From: Gammaproteobacteria bacterium
GTDB taxonomy: Bacteria; Pseudomonadota; Gammaproteobacteria; Eutrophobiales; Eutrophobiaceae
NCBI GenBank assembly: GCA_028281365.1
Contig: JANQJZ010000044.1
Span: 29,818 to 93,817, forward strand
Reading direction: 5' to 3'
DNA length: 64,000 nucleotides
This document shows, piece after piece, positions 48,837 to 58,417 of this stretch (position 1 is the first letter of the stretch; every line of letters starts with the position of its first letter). The position numbers were made by a program, and so were the translations under genes. Under the pieces are notes generated by a model. That model ran no database searches, had not been told where the DNA came from, and saw only the letters and a program-made list of their open reading frames with translations.

Positions 48837-50528
48837 ATGCTTGTTACACGATCAACACAAGCAATTCCACTCAACCTGAATCACAAAGCTTTTTCTTTTC
48901 TGTCCTCAAAATGGAATATTACTCTGATATTCATTTCATTCTTGTTTTGTATTCCTTTATTAATCATTTTTGGATCACTATTTTTTCCGGCAAAGGAAAT
49001 CTGGTTACATTTAATTGATACCGTACTTATTGATTATATAAGTAACTCTTTCGCATTATCAATTGGTGTTGGTTGTTTAAGTCTTGTGTTAGGAATCATC
49101 CCTGCCTGGTTAGTCACCATGTATCGATTTCCAATGAGTCGATTCCTTGAATGGGCATTGCTATTACCGATGGCGATGCCTGCATATATCATTGCCTATA
49201 GCTATACTGGTTTACTTGAATTTGCCGGACCACTGCAAACATTCTTAAGAGAAATAACCGGTTGGCAATATCATGACTACTGGTTCCCGGAGATCCGCTC
49301 ATTGGGCGGAGCAATAATTATGCTATCCCTTGTTCTATATCCATATGTTTATTTGTTGGCTCGCGCCGCATTTATTGAACAATCTATTTGTGTGTTGGAA
49401 GTTTCAAGGACTCTGGGATGTAATACGATTACAGCATTCAGGCGTGTTGCATTACCTCTGGCACGACCCGCCATTATCGTTGGTTTATCGTTAGTCATTA
49501 TGGAAACACTGGCGGACTATGGCACTGTGCAATATTTCGGTGTCTCTACATTCACGACCGGTATCTTTAGAACCTGGTTTGGACTTGGTAACAGCCTGGC
49601 CGCTGCACAATTATCTGCCTTGTTATTGGTGTTTGTTGCGATATTTTTATATATGGAAAAACGATCCCGAAAACAGGCACGTTTTCATCACACTAGCAGT
49701 CGTTACAGTTCATTACTGCAACATAGGTTGAGTAGAAAAAAAGGACTATTAGCCTTCACATTCTGTTCATCGCCGTTAATTTTTGGATTTCTGGTGCCAG
49801 TCTACTTCTTAACAAACTGGGCCTTTGAAACCTATTCGCATGTTATAGATAAAAATTTCTATCAATTATTAATAAACAGCCTGTTACTCGCTTCGATTGC
49901 CTCGTTACTTGCTCTATTGATTGCATTATTTATGGCGTATTCGAACAGAAATTCAAATTCACCACTAAACCATTTTATGGTTCGATTAGTTAGCCTAGGT
50001 TACGCTATCCCCGGAACTGTTATTGCAGTAGGTGTGTTAATCCCGTTTGCCTGGTTTGATAATACATTAGATACATTTTTAACCAGGCAATTTAATATAA
50101 GTAGCGGTCTGTTAATCAGTGGTACTGTATTTACATTAGTATTTGCCTATCTGGTTCGTTTTCTGGCCGTTTCTATAAATACGGTAGAAGCAGGTTTAAT
50201 AAAGATAAAACCTGTCATGGATGAAGTTGCTAAAACTACAGGAATGACATCAGGTAAAATTATCGGCCGCATTCATATCCCTATGATGCGGGGAAGCCTG
50301 TTAACAGCACTTTTATTAGTATTCGTTGACGTAATGAAAGAACTTCCTGCAACACTTATTTTAAGACCCTTTAATTTTAATACGCTTGCAGTCCGTGCCT
50401 ATGAGCTGGCCAATGAAGAACGTCTGGCTGATGCTGCTGTTCCGGCATTGGCTATTGTTATTGCTGGTATTATACCGGTTATTATGATCAGTAATTCTAT
50501 CTCCAAATCACGTCCCGGCCATGAGTAA
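48837..50528 (+). CDS. fbpB: Fe(III) ABC transporter permease
   Basis: LPMAMPAY, YPYVY, DYGTV, MKELPATL..RPFNF. Confidence 0.92.
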   Translation: MLVTRSTQAIPLNLNHKAFSFLSSKWNITLIFISFLFCIPLLIIFGSLFFPAKEIWLHLIDTVLIDYISNSFALSIGVGCLSLVLGIIPAWLVTMYRFPMSRFLEWALLLPMAMPAYIIAYSYTGLLEFAGPLQTFLREITGWQYHDYWFPEIRSLGGAIIMLSLVLYPYVYLLARAAFIEQSICVLEVSRTLGCNTITAFRRVALPLARPAIIVGLSLVIMETLADYGTVQYFGVSTFTTGIFRTWFGLGNSLAAAQLSALLLVFVAIFLYMEKRSRKQARFHHTSSRYSSLLQHRLSRKKGLLAFTFCSSPLIFGFLVPVYFLTNWAFETYSHVIDKNFYQLLINSLLLASIASLLALLIALFMAYSNRNSNSPLNHFMVRLVSLGYAIPGTVIAVGVLIPFAWFDNTLDTFLTRQFNISSGLLISGTVFTLVFAYLVRFLAVSINTVEAGLIKIKPVMDEVAKTTGMTSGKIIGRIHIPMMRGSLLTALLLVFVDVMKELPATLILRPFNFNTLAVRAYELANEERLADAAVPALAIVIAGIIPVIMISNSISKSRPGHE

Positions 50529-51564
50529 TGCGATTGAGTTAAAAAATATTAGCGTCTCTATAGAAGACCGGGTAATACTCGATAATATTTCATTTGGACT
50601 GAATGAAGGAGGAATTGCTTGTCTACTCGGACCCAGTGGTTGTGGTAAGACAACTTTATTACGTTGCATAGCTGGATTTCAGTATCAACAACAGGGTGAA
50701 GTATGGATAAAGGGTGTCAGGGCGAGTAACCCGGTTCATTATCTCCCTGTTGAACAAAGACAGATAGGTATGGTGTTTCAGGATTACGCATTGTTTCCAC
50801 ATTTAAATGTGGCTGACAATATTATTTTTGGCCTGAAAAAACTTGATAAACAAAGAACCAAACAGCGTTTGGATGAATTGATCGAATTATTCTCTCTTGC
50901 AGAACATGTAAACAAATATCCACATCGTTTATCCGGCGGACAACAACAACGGGTTGCACTAGCCAGGGCCATGGCTTCGCGACCGGGAGTTTTATTAATG
51001 GATGAACCATTTGCCAGCCTTGACATAGAACTACGGGAGCAGATTGCCAGGGAAGTACATCAAATATTAAAACAGGATGGCATTACAACAATAATGGTTA
51101 GTCATAATCAACTTGAAGCATTTGCAATAGCGGATGTTATTGGTGTAATGAACGAAGGAAAGCTATTACAGTGGGACAATGCATTCAATTTATACCATGA
51201 ACCGGAATCATCCGAAGTCGCTGACTTTATTGGAGAAGGTGTGTTCATCCCGGGTAAAGTTATTAATGAAAAAAAGGTCCAAACCGAGATTGGAAATATT
51301 ACCGGGCAATCTCCTCACGGTTTCCAGCCTGGAAGTAAAGTAAATGTGTTAATTCGACCCGATGACATTTTACATGATGACGATAGTTCTATGACTGCAT
51401 GTGTCAGAGATAAGGCTTTTAGAGGTGCAGAATTTTTATATACGCTGGAACTTGAAAGTGGCTTACGCTTATTGAGTCTGGTACCCAGTCATCATAATCA
51501 CCCGGTAAATGAACCCATTGGCATAAAGCTGGAAATTGATCACCTGGTTATTTTTCCTGCATAG
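50521..51564 (+). CDS. fbpC: Fe(III) ABC transporter ATPase
   Basis: GPSGCGKTT, FQDYALFPH, LSGGQQQR, DEPF. Confidence 0.92.
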   Translation: MSNAIELKNISVSIEDRVILDNISFGLNEGGIACLLGPSGCGKTTLLRCIAGFQYQQQGEVWIKGVRASNPVHYLPVEQRQIGMVFQDYALFPHLNVADNIIFGLKKLDKQRTKQRLDELIELFSLAEHVNKYPHRLSGGQQQRVALARAMASRPGVLLMDEPFASLDIELREQIAREVHQILKQDGITTIMVSHNQLEAFAIADVIGVMNEGKLLQWDNAFNLYHEPESSEVADFIGEGVFIPGKVINEKKVQTEIGNITGQSPHGFQPGSKVNVLIRPDDILHDDDSSMTACVRDKAFRGAEFLYTLELESGLRLLSLVPSHHNHPVNEPIGIKLEIDHLVIFPA

Positions 51565-51681
51565 ATTTAAATAAAATATTCAAACAATTGTTGTGGTGGC
51601 GAAGTGCTGTTTGCTGTCTTAAACTAATTAAATTATAAATATGCTTTTGTATTTAACTATAAAAAATGAGTGGAAATAAAA

Positions 51682-52071
51682 ATGCATAATGTCCCCGGCG
51701 AATTAAAATATACAGCAACACACACCTGGGTCGAAGAACTTGGAGAAAATAAATACCGTGTTGGAATCACGGATTTTGCCCAGGATGAGCTTGGTGATAT
51801 CGTATTCGTAGAACCACCCGAACTTAACCGGGAGTACTCACAATCAGATGAATGTGCGGTTGTTGAATCTGTTAAATCGACTTCAGATATATATTGCCCA
51901 CTTAGTGGTACTATCCTGGAAATTAACGAATTACTTGAAGATTCACCGGAAACAATAAATAGTGAACCATATAATGAAGGGTGGGTTTTTATTATTCATG
52001 CAGTGGATAATTCAGAACTCGAAGAATTAATAAATGCTGAAACTTATTCAGAGTTAACGGAAGAGGGCTAA
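51682..52071 (+). CDS. gcvH: Glycine cleavage system H protein
   Basis: GITDFAQDELGD, ESVKS lipoyl-Lys motif, PYNEGW. Confidence 0.93.
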   Translation: MHNVPGELKYTATHTWVEELGENKYRVGITDFAQDELGDIVFVEPPELNREYSQSDECAVVESVKSTSDIYCPLSGTILEINELLEDSPETINSEPYNEGWVFIIHAVDNSELEELINAETYSELTEEG

Positions 52072-52076
52072 ACAAC

Positions 52077-52574
52077 ATGGCAACTATCACATTACAAGGC
52101 AATGAAATACATACTAACGGGGATTTACCAAAAAAAGGGGATACTGCGCCGGATTTTACACTGGTAGATTCAGAATTAGGTGATGTTACTCTAGAAACCT
52201 ATAAAGGGAAGAAAAAACTATTAAGTATCGTACCCAGCCTGGATACTCCTGTCTGTGCAACATCAACAAAAAAATTTAATGACGCCGCAAAAGACAAATC
52301 AGATGCCGTCTTTTTAATGATTGCAACTGACTTACCATTTGCGATGTCCCGTTTTTGTAGTGCAGAGGGTACTGATAATGTTATTACCTTATCATTAATG
52401 CGATCCCGGAAATTTGCAAAAGACTACGGGGTACTAATCGAAGATGGGCCTCTGGCTGGTATTACCGCACGGGCTGTCGTTGTTATCGATGAAAATGACA
52501 AGGTTATTCATTCCGAGCTGGTACCGGAAATAGCACAGGAACCGGATTACGATGCTGCACTTGCGGCATTATAA
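52077..52574 (+). CDS. tpx: Thiol peroxidase
   Basis: PSLDTPVC, DLPFAMSRFC, EPDY. Confidence 0.96.
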   Translation: MATITLQGNEIHTNGDLPKKGDTAPDFTLVDSELGDVTLETYKGKKKLLSIVPSLDTPVCATSTKKFNDAAKDKSDAVFLMIATDLPFAMSRFCSAEGTDNVITLSLMRSRKFAKDYGVLIEDGPLAGITARAVVVIDENDKVIHSELVPEIAQEPDYDAALAAL

Positions 52575-52608
52575 AAACTAATAACAATTTACCCAGGGTA
52601 GGTGATTA

Positions 52609-52971
52609 ATGGCGTCGCAGGGTCCAACCGGTATTGTTCGAATTATTAAAGCAGCGGGATATTCCTGGCAGGGCTTGAAGGCTGCCTACGCCTATGAAGA
52701 AGCTTTTCGACAGGAGATATTACTTGCAATTATTACTATTCCGCTTGGATTCTATCTTGGTAATAACGGAATAGAGAAAGCTCTATTAATCAGCGTAATT
52801 CTCTTGATACTTATTACCGAATTACTCAATACAGGAATAGAAGTAATCACAGATCGGGTTGGGACAGATCACCACGAATTATCCGGAAGAGCAAAAGATA
52901 TTGGCTCATCTGCAGTTTGCCTGAGCATTATTAATGCGATACTGGTTTGGGCATTAGTACTAATAAACTAG
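52609..52971 (+). CDS. dgkA: Diacylglycerol kinase
   Basis: YSWQGL, EAFRQE, ELLNTGIE, AKDIGS. Confidence 0.95.
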   Translation: MASQGPTGIVRIIKAAGYSWQGLKAAYAYEEAFRQEILLAIITIPLGFYLGNNGIEKALLISVILLILITELLNTGIEVITDRVGTDHHELSGRAKDIGSSAVCLSIINAILVWALVLIN

Positions 52972-52972
52972 T

Positions 52973-54025
52973 GTGTATAAATTCATATTATTAATAATAC
53001 TGGTTACATTATCCCGGTCAGTTCTTGCAGATAAACCTCCTCATGAATCCTGGACATTCAGCTTTGGTTTTGAAAATGATCTCTTTGCTGATACCGATCG
53101 ATTCTATACAAACGGGATAAAACTTAACTGGATATCTCCCGAGCTAAAATGGTTTGAAGATCTGGAATGGATAAAACGCGACGCCTTTCTAAGTGATACT
53201 TTAAAACAGTTCATTAAGTTACTTCCCTATAATGAAGACCCAAACCGGCAACGGCATTTTTCGTTTTCAATCGGCCAAAAGATTTTTACACCGGAAGACA
53301 TAAATAATTTCAATCTGGTTACTACTGATCGACCCTATGCTGCCTGGTTGTATGGCGATATTGCATTTCATAGTAAAAATGAAAGGCAACTGGATACTTT
53401 TGGAGTACAACTGGGTTTGATTGGTGATTTTGCACTGGGTGAAGAAGCCCAGGATCTGGTTCATTCCATTCGAGGGATTGCCAAGGCCAATGGTTGGGAT
53501 AACCAGCTTGATAACGAAATTGGTCTGGCATTAATTTATGATCGGAAACAACGGTTAATACGGCGAACGGATGTCAAGGGACTATTTGGTTTCGACTCCA
53601 TCATCCATATCGGCGGGGCAGCAGGAAACGTTTTTACACATTTAAATACTGGTGCCGAATTTCGTATTGGTTGGAATATTCCCACCGATTTTGGCTCAGC
53701 CCTGATAAGACCTGCGGGCAATACCAACGCACCTGCCGATGCACATGACCCGCGTTATTTATCAGGTAAAGACGCATTAAGCTTTTATTTCTTTGGAGCC
53801 GTAAATGGTCGGTGGGTGTTGAGAGATATTTTTCTCGATGGAAATACCTTTAGTGATAGTCACAGTGTCGATAAAGAATCACTGGTTGGTGAATTTATTA
53901 TTGGTTCAAGCATGGTATTCAAGAATATAAAATTATCTTATGCGCAGGTATTTCGTTCTAAAGAGTTTGAGTTACAACGGAGTGGACAAAGTTTTGGATC
54001 GATTTCAATTTCTTATACCTATTAA
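52973..54025 (+). CDS. lpxR: Lipid A 3'-O-deacylase LpxR family outer-membrane protein
   Basis: FENDLF..TDRFYTNG, GQKIFTP, DRPYA, GWDNQL, FLDGN. Confidence 0.88.
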   Translation: MYKFILLIILVTLSRSVLADKPPHESWTFSFGFENDLFADTDRFYTNGIKLNWISPELKWFEDLEWIKRDAFLSDTLKQFIKLLPYNEDPNRQRHFSFSIGQKIFTPEDINNFNLVTTDRPYAAWLYGDIAFHSKNERQLDTFGVQLGLIGDFALGEEAQDLVHSIRGIAKANGWDNQLDNEIGLALIYDRKQRLIRRTDVKGLFGFDSIIHIGGAAGNVFTHLNTGAEFRIGWNIPTDFGSALIRPAGNTNAPADAHDPRYLSGKDALSFYFFGAVNGRWVLRDIFLDGNTFSDSHSVDKESLVGEFIIGSSMVFKNIKLSYAQVFRSKEFELQRSGQSFGSISISYTY

Positions 54026-54762
54026 TTACAAACCGGGCAGTTAGGATCTTTTTTCAAAATTGCCTGATTCCACTCCATATGTAAGGCATCCATTAATAAT
54101 AATTTACCTTGTAGCGTTTCCCCGATACCCATAATCAACTTCATTGTCTCATTCGCCTGTATGCTACCTATAATACCTAACAGCGGTGCAACCACACCAT
54201 TTGCTGTACACGTCTCCTGGGTAGCCACATCTTCATTGTACAAACAACGGTAACATGGAGAGCCTTTATCAAGTGGATTGAATACTGATACCTGTCCTTC
54301 AAACCGAATTGCTGCACCGGAAACCAGAGGCGTTCCGGTTTTTACTGATGCTTCATTTAAAGCAAATCGCGTTTTAAAATTGTCCGATGCATCAACGATA
54401 ACCGTTGCTTTATCAGCTTGATCATACAACTCATTCTCATCTAATACATGATCGATACACTCGATTTTTATTTCCGGATTAAGCGCTTGTAAATGTTCTC
54501 TGGCAGAATCAATCTTTGGCCGATCTATATTTGGCGTAGTATGAACTATTTGGCGTTGAAGATTACTGAGATCAACTTTATCAAAATCAACCAGTACTAA
54601 ATGACCCACGCCCGCACTTGCGAGATACATTGAAACAGGAGAACCAAGGCCACCAAGACCAATAATTAATACGCGTGCCTCATTAAGTTTTTGCTGGCCT
54701 GCTGCATCGATCTCCGGCAACATCATCTGTCGGCTATAGCGTAATAGTTGTTCGTCATTCAT
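54022..54762 (-). CDS. moeB: MoeB/ThiF adenylyltransferase
   Basis: RYSRQ, GLGGLG, SNLQRQ, CYRC, CPVC. Confidence 0.92.
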   Translation of the reverse strand: MNDEQLLRYSRQMMLPEIDAAGQQKLNEARVLIIGLGGLGSPVSMYLASAGVGHLVLVDFDKVDLSNLQRQIVHTTPNIDRPKIDSAREHLQALNPEIKIECIDHVLDENELYDQADKATVIVDASDNFKTRFALNEASVKTGTPLVSGAAIRFEGQVSVFNPLDKGSPCYRCLYNEDVATQETCTANGVVAPLLGIIGSIQANETMKLIMGIGETLQGKLLLMDALHMEWNQAILKKDPNCPVCN

Positions 54763-54932
54763 GCTGAATCAATTCTACCTTTTTGCAAACCTAGATACAT
54801 ATTTTGTATATAAAAAGTCCAACCACCCTTATGCCTGAGATGGTCCTGTCTGTTTCTTTCACAATAGCTGTTTAATAAAGAGAAAAAACTTTTTTCTCTT
54901 ATGTTGTTTTTATCATTGTCCTGAATATTCAT
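54759..54932 (-). CDS. Small hypothetical protein (57 aa)
   Basis: ATGA overlaps with both the prmC stop and the moeB start. Confidence 0.55.
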   Translation of the reverse strand: MNIQDNDKNNIREKSFFSLLNSYCERNRQDHLRHKGGWTFYIQNMYLGLQKGRIDSA

Positions 54933-55765
54933 GTCAGCCATTGACCAAGAGTAATGCGTTCATGTCCACTATAATCTCTTATGGTAGATACATTTCTTAT
55001 ATTATTTTCACCCATTAAACTTCTAACAGCATTCCCTTGTTCAAAACCATGTTCAAGTATTAACCAACCTTCACTTTTTAAATGATATATTGCATCTGAT
55101 ATTATTGCTTTAATATCATTCAGCCCATCCTCACCTGATGCCAGGGCAGATACCGGTTCAAACCTGACGTCACCTTGTGCAAGATGTGAATCATTAGCAC
55201 TTATATAAGGTGGATTGCTTAAAATTAGGTCGTAAAAATGATCTTTTTCCATTTCAAACCAATTTGAATTTTTAAATGTAATATTTTCTATTTTATGTGT
55301 CTTTGCATTTTCCATTGCAACCTGTAGTGCATTATTATTTATATCGGTAGCTGTTACCGTTGCTAACGGTCTTTCAGATGCAATAGCGATTGCAATCGCT
55401 CCTGAGCCAGTACCTAAATCTATAATTGAACAAGAACCATCTTTATTAATTTTTTCCAATGCAGTTTCAACCAATAATTCGGTCTCGGGTCGAGGTATTA
55501 AAGTATCCGCTGTTATTTTCAACTTCATTGACCAGAATTCCTTGTTATTAATCAAATATGCAATCGGATGGCCCTGTTTGCGTAAATTGATTAATTCATC
55601 CAGGGATTGTGCATCACTTTCAGAAAGATTTAGCTCGGGGGAAGAATAAAGTTTACTGCGGTCACAATTCAAAACTGAACATAATAATAATTCTGTATCC
55701 AGATTCGCGCTGGCAGATGCAACCAGTTTTTCTCTGGCATTTTTAAGTGTTTCGTTGATTTGCAT
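54929..55765 (-). CDS. prmC: Release factor glutamine methyltransferase
   Basis: LIPRPETE, DLGTGSG, NPPY, EHG. Confidence 0.96.
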   Translation of the reverse strand: MQINETLKNAREKLVASASANLDTELLLCSVLNCDRSKLYSSPELNLSESDAQSLDELINLRKQGHPIAYLINNKEFWSMKLKITADTLIPRPETELLVETALEKINKDGSCSIIDLGTGSGAIAIAIASERPLATVTATDINNNALQVAMENAKTHKIENITFKNSNWFEMEKDHFYDLILSNPPYISANDSHLAQGDVRFEPVSALASGEDGLNDIKAIISDAIYHLKSEGWLILEHGFEQGNAVRSLMGENNIRNVSTIRDYSGHERITLGQWLT

Positions 55766-55767
55766 TT

Positions 55768-56850
55768 TTAATCACCAAGTGAAGCCAAAAGATCTGCCTG
55801 ATGCTCATTAATCAATGAATCAATGACCATATCAAGATTACCCTCAAGAAATTCATCAAGTCGATACAATGTCAGGTTAATACGATGATCCGTTACGCGT
55901 CCCTGTGGAAAATTATAGGTACGAATACGTTCTGATCGATCGCCGCTACCCACAAGGTTCCTTCGATTTTCAGCTTGCTCGGTTTGTTGTTTTTCACGTT
56001 CACTACTAAGTAACTTCGCCTGTAACAATGACATCGCCCGTGCCTTGTTTTTATGTTGTGAACGTTCGTCCTGACATTCAACAACGGTATTTGTAGGAAT
56101 ATGGGTAATACGTATCGCAGAATCCGTTTTATTCACATGTTGACCGCCGGCACCCGATGCACGAAAAGTATCTATACGGAGATCGGCTGTATTTATTTCA
56201 ATCTCACTAACTTCATCGACTTCCGGTAAAACTGCAACCGTACATGCTGAAGTATGTATGCGGCCTTGTGATTCGGTTTCAGGTACTCGTTGTACCCGGT
56301 GAGCCCCTGATTCAAATTTTAACCTGGAATAGGCACCGTCACCTATTACCCGCATAATGACTTCCTTATAACCTTCCAGATCACTTTCAGCTGCACTGAT
56401 ATGCTCTATCCTCCAACCACGGGATTCTGCATAACGCGAATACATGCGCATTAAGTCACCGGCAAACAGTGCAGCTTCTTCACCGCCTGTCCCTGCTCTA
56501 ATTTCAAGGAAGATATTGCTATTATCTGCAGGATCCTTTGGTAGTAGTAAAACCTGTAACTCATCATCTAATCGTTCATGTTCCAGTTCTGCCTGTTTTA
56601 ATTCTTCTGCAGCCAATTCCTGTAACTCTTTATCATTGTCTTTTAACATTTCGCGTGCATTCTCAATGTCATCACTTGCTTTACGATATTCATTGAAACA
56701 ATTAACGATAGGACGTACCTCGGCATATTCCTGTGAAAGTTCACGGAATTTATTTTGATCATTAATAATACCTGGATCAGAAAGTAAACCATCCAGTTCT
56801 TCCTGACGTTCCATTAGTTTCTCGAGTTTTATTTGTAGTGATTCTTTCAT
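55768..56850 (-). CDS. prfA: Peptide chain release factor 1
   Basis: [32 protein letters not shown]; start at MKES. Confidence 0.97.
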   Translation of the reverse strand: MKESLQIKLEKLMERQEELDGLLSDPGIINDQNKFRELSQEYAEVRPIVNCFNEYRKASDDIENAREMLKDNDKELQELAAEELKQAELEHERLDDELQVLLLPKDPADNSNIFLEIRAGTGGEEAALFAGDLMRMYSRYAESRGWRIEHISAAESDLEGYKEVIMRVIGDGAYSRLKFESGAHRVQRVPETESQGRIHTSACTVAVLPEVDEVSEIEINTADLRIDTFRASGAGGQHVNKTDSAIRITHIPTNTVVECQDERSQHKNKARAMSLLQAKLLSSEREKQQTEQAENRRNLVGSGDRSERIRTYNFPQGRVTDHRINLTLYRLDEFLEGNLDMVIDSLINEHQADLLASLGD

Positions 56851-56917
56851 AGTTAAATTTTTATTGATGAAATAGCTCGAATGAATGAGCAAAGAATATA
56901 TCTATTAGCTAATGCAG

Positions 56918-58198
56918 CTAATGTTTTTTTTCTTTTTTATTAACTTGTCTATTTAAGTTATATAGTTCTTCTGCAGCCTGTAACAGGTCATTTCTGTTAT
57001 TTGCACTGGCATTTCTGAGTTGCGAACTGGGAGAGTGTATAAGTTTATTGGTCAAGGCCCTTGTTGTTTCCTGCAGAATCGATTCGGGATCGCCACCTTT
57101 TCTGAGTTTGGTTAATCCTGCCTGAATAACTTCTTCCTGAATCAATTCGGCCTGACCACGCAATGCACGTATGGTTGACACAGCATCCAATGAGTTTAAC
57201 CAATCCATATATTCCCGGGCTTGTGTATCGATTATCTTCTCAGCTTGTTTTGCAGCTTGTTGACGATTGCGCAGGTTTTCCTGAACCATATCCTTTAAAT
57301 CATCGACGCTATAGAGGTAAATATCATCCATTTCACCTACCTCAACTTCGATATCTCTTGGTACTGCAATATCAACCATAAACATGGGTTTATGCTTTCT
57401 TGCTTTAATAGCACTCTCTACCGCACCTTTACCAAGAATGGGTAACTGGCTTGCGGTTGATGAAATGACAATATCCGCTTCGGCCAGATGTTTTGGTATA
57501 TCCCCAATCTGAATAGCATATACCGAATATTCACTTGCTAATCGTTGTGATCGTTCCAATGTTCGATTGGCAATAATCATTCTACGTAGACCATTTTCAT
57601 AAAGATGCTTGGTAGCCAGCTCAATGGTCTCGCCTGCACCAATTAATAGCGCCGTTTGATCTTTCAATTCACCAAATATTTGTTGTGCCAATCTTACTGC
57701 AGCGAATGCAACTGATACTGGATGACTACCGATTGCTGTATTACTTCTGATCTCTTTTGCGACATGGAATGAATGTTGAAACAGTCGATTTAGTTGATGA
57801 CCAATACTGCCCGCGTGAATTGCCTTTTGATAAGCTTCTTTTAGTTGTCCAAGAACTTGTGGTTCTCCCAGAACCATTGAATCCAGCCCGCTGGCAACGC
57901 GTAATACGTGACGTACAGCATTTTCATTAGGGTGGCTGTATAAGAAGGGCTTTAACAATCCGGGTTGCATACCGTGAAAATTATGTAACCAATCTATTGG
58001 ACTGTTATGTTTTTCTTGATCAAGACTGCAATAAATCTCCGTCCTGTTGCAGGTCGACAAAATTGCGGCTTCATGCACACCTACCTGGTGCTTTAACTCA
58101 CTTAACGCATCGGAGACCGTTTCGTTGCCAAAACTCACCTTTTCCCGCACATCGATTGGTGCCGTTGCGTGATTTATACCATATGCAATGAGTGCCAT
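56918..58198 (-). CDS. hemA: Glutamyl-tRNA reductase
   Basis: STCNRTE, GLDSMVLGEPQ, GAGE, DIAVPRD. Confidence 0.97.
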   Translation of the reverse strand: MALIAYGINHATAPIDVREKVSFGNETVSDALSELKHQVGVHEAAILSTCNRTEIYCSLDQEKHNSPIDWLHNFHGMQPGLLKPFLYSHPNENAVRHVLRVASGLDSMVLGEPQVLGQLKEAYQKAIHAGSIGHQLNRLFQHSFHVAKEIRSNTAIGSHPVSVAFAAVRLAQQIFGELKDQTALLIGAGETIELATKHLYENGLRRMIIANRTLERSQRLASEYSVYAIQIGDIPKHLAEADIVISSTASQLPILGKGAVESAIKARKHKPMFMVDIAVPRDIEVEVGEMDDIYLYSVDDLKDMVQENLRNRQQAAKQAEKIIDTQAREYMDWLNSLDAVSTIRALRGQAELIQEEVIQAGLTKLRKGGDPESILQETTRALTNKLIHSPSSQLRNASANNRNDLLQAAEELYNLNRQVNKKEKKH

Positions 58199-58417
58199 AA
58201 TTTTATTAATTAAATGAAATTGTTATGAAAATTCTGTGCCACGAAGCGCAAGAATACAACAAAAACCTGGATAAACTTATACTAAAATGAACAAATTTCA
58301 TTGATTTGAATCAAGTAATAAATACCCTGTACGATAAGCTGTACAGCATCAATAAGTATATGATTTTTAGCCCTAACATGACAAAATGACCAGATAAAAC
58401 GGTAAACAGGATTTAAT

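Noticed and set aside
58226-58241. Sigma54 promoter for hemA (TGGCAC-AGAAT-TTTCA, minus strand)
   Set aside because: The -12 element is TC rather than GC.
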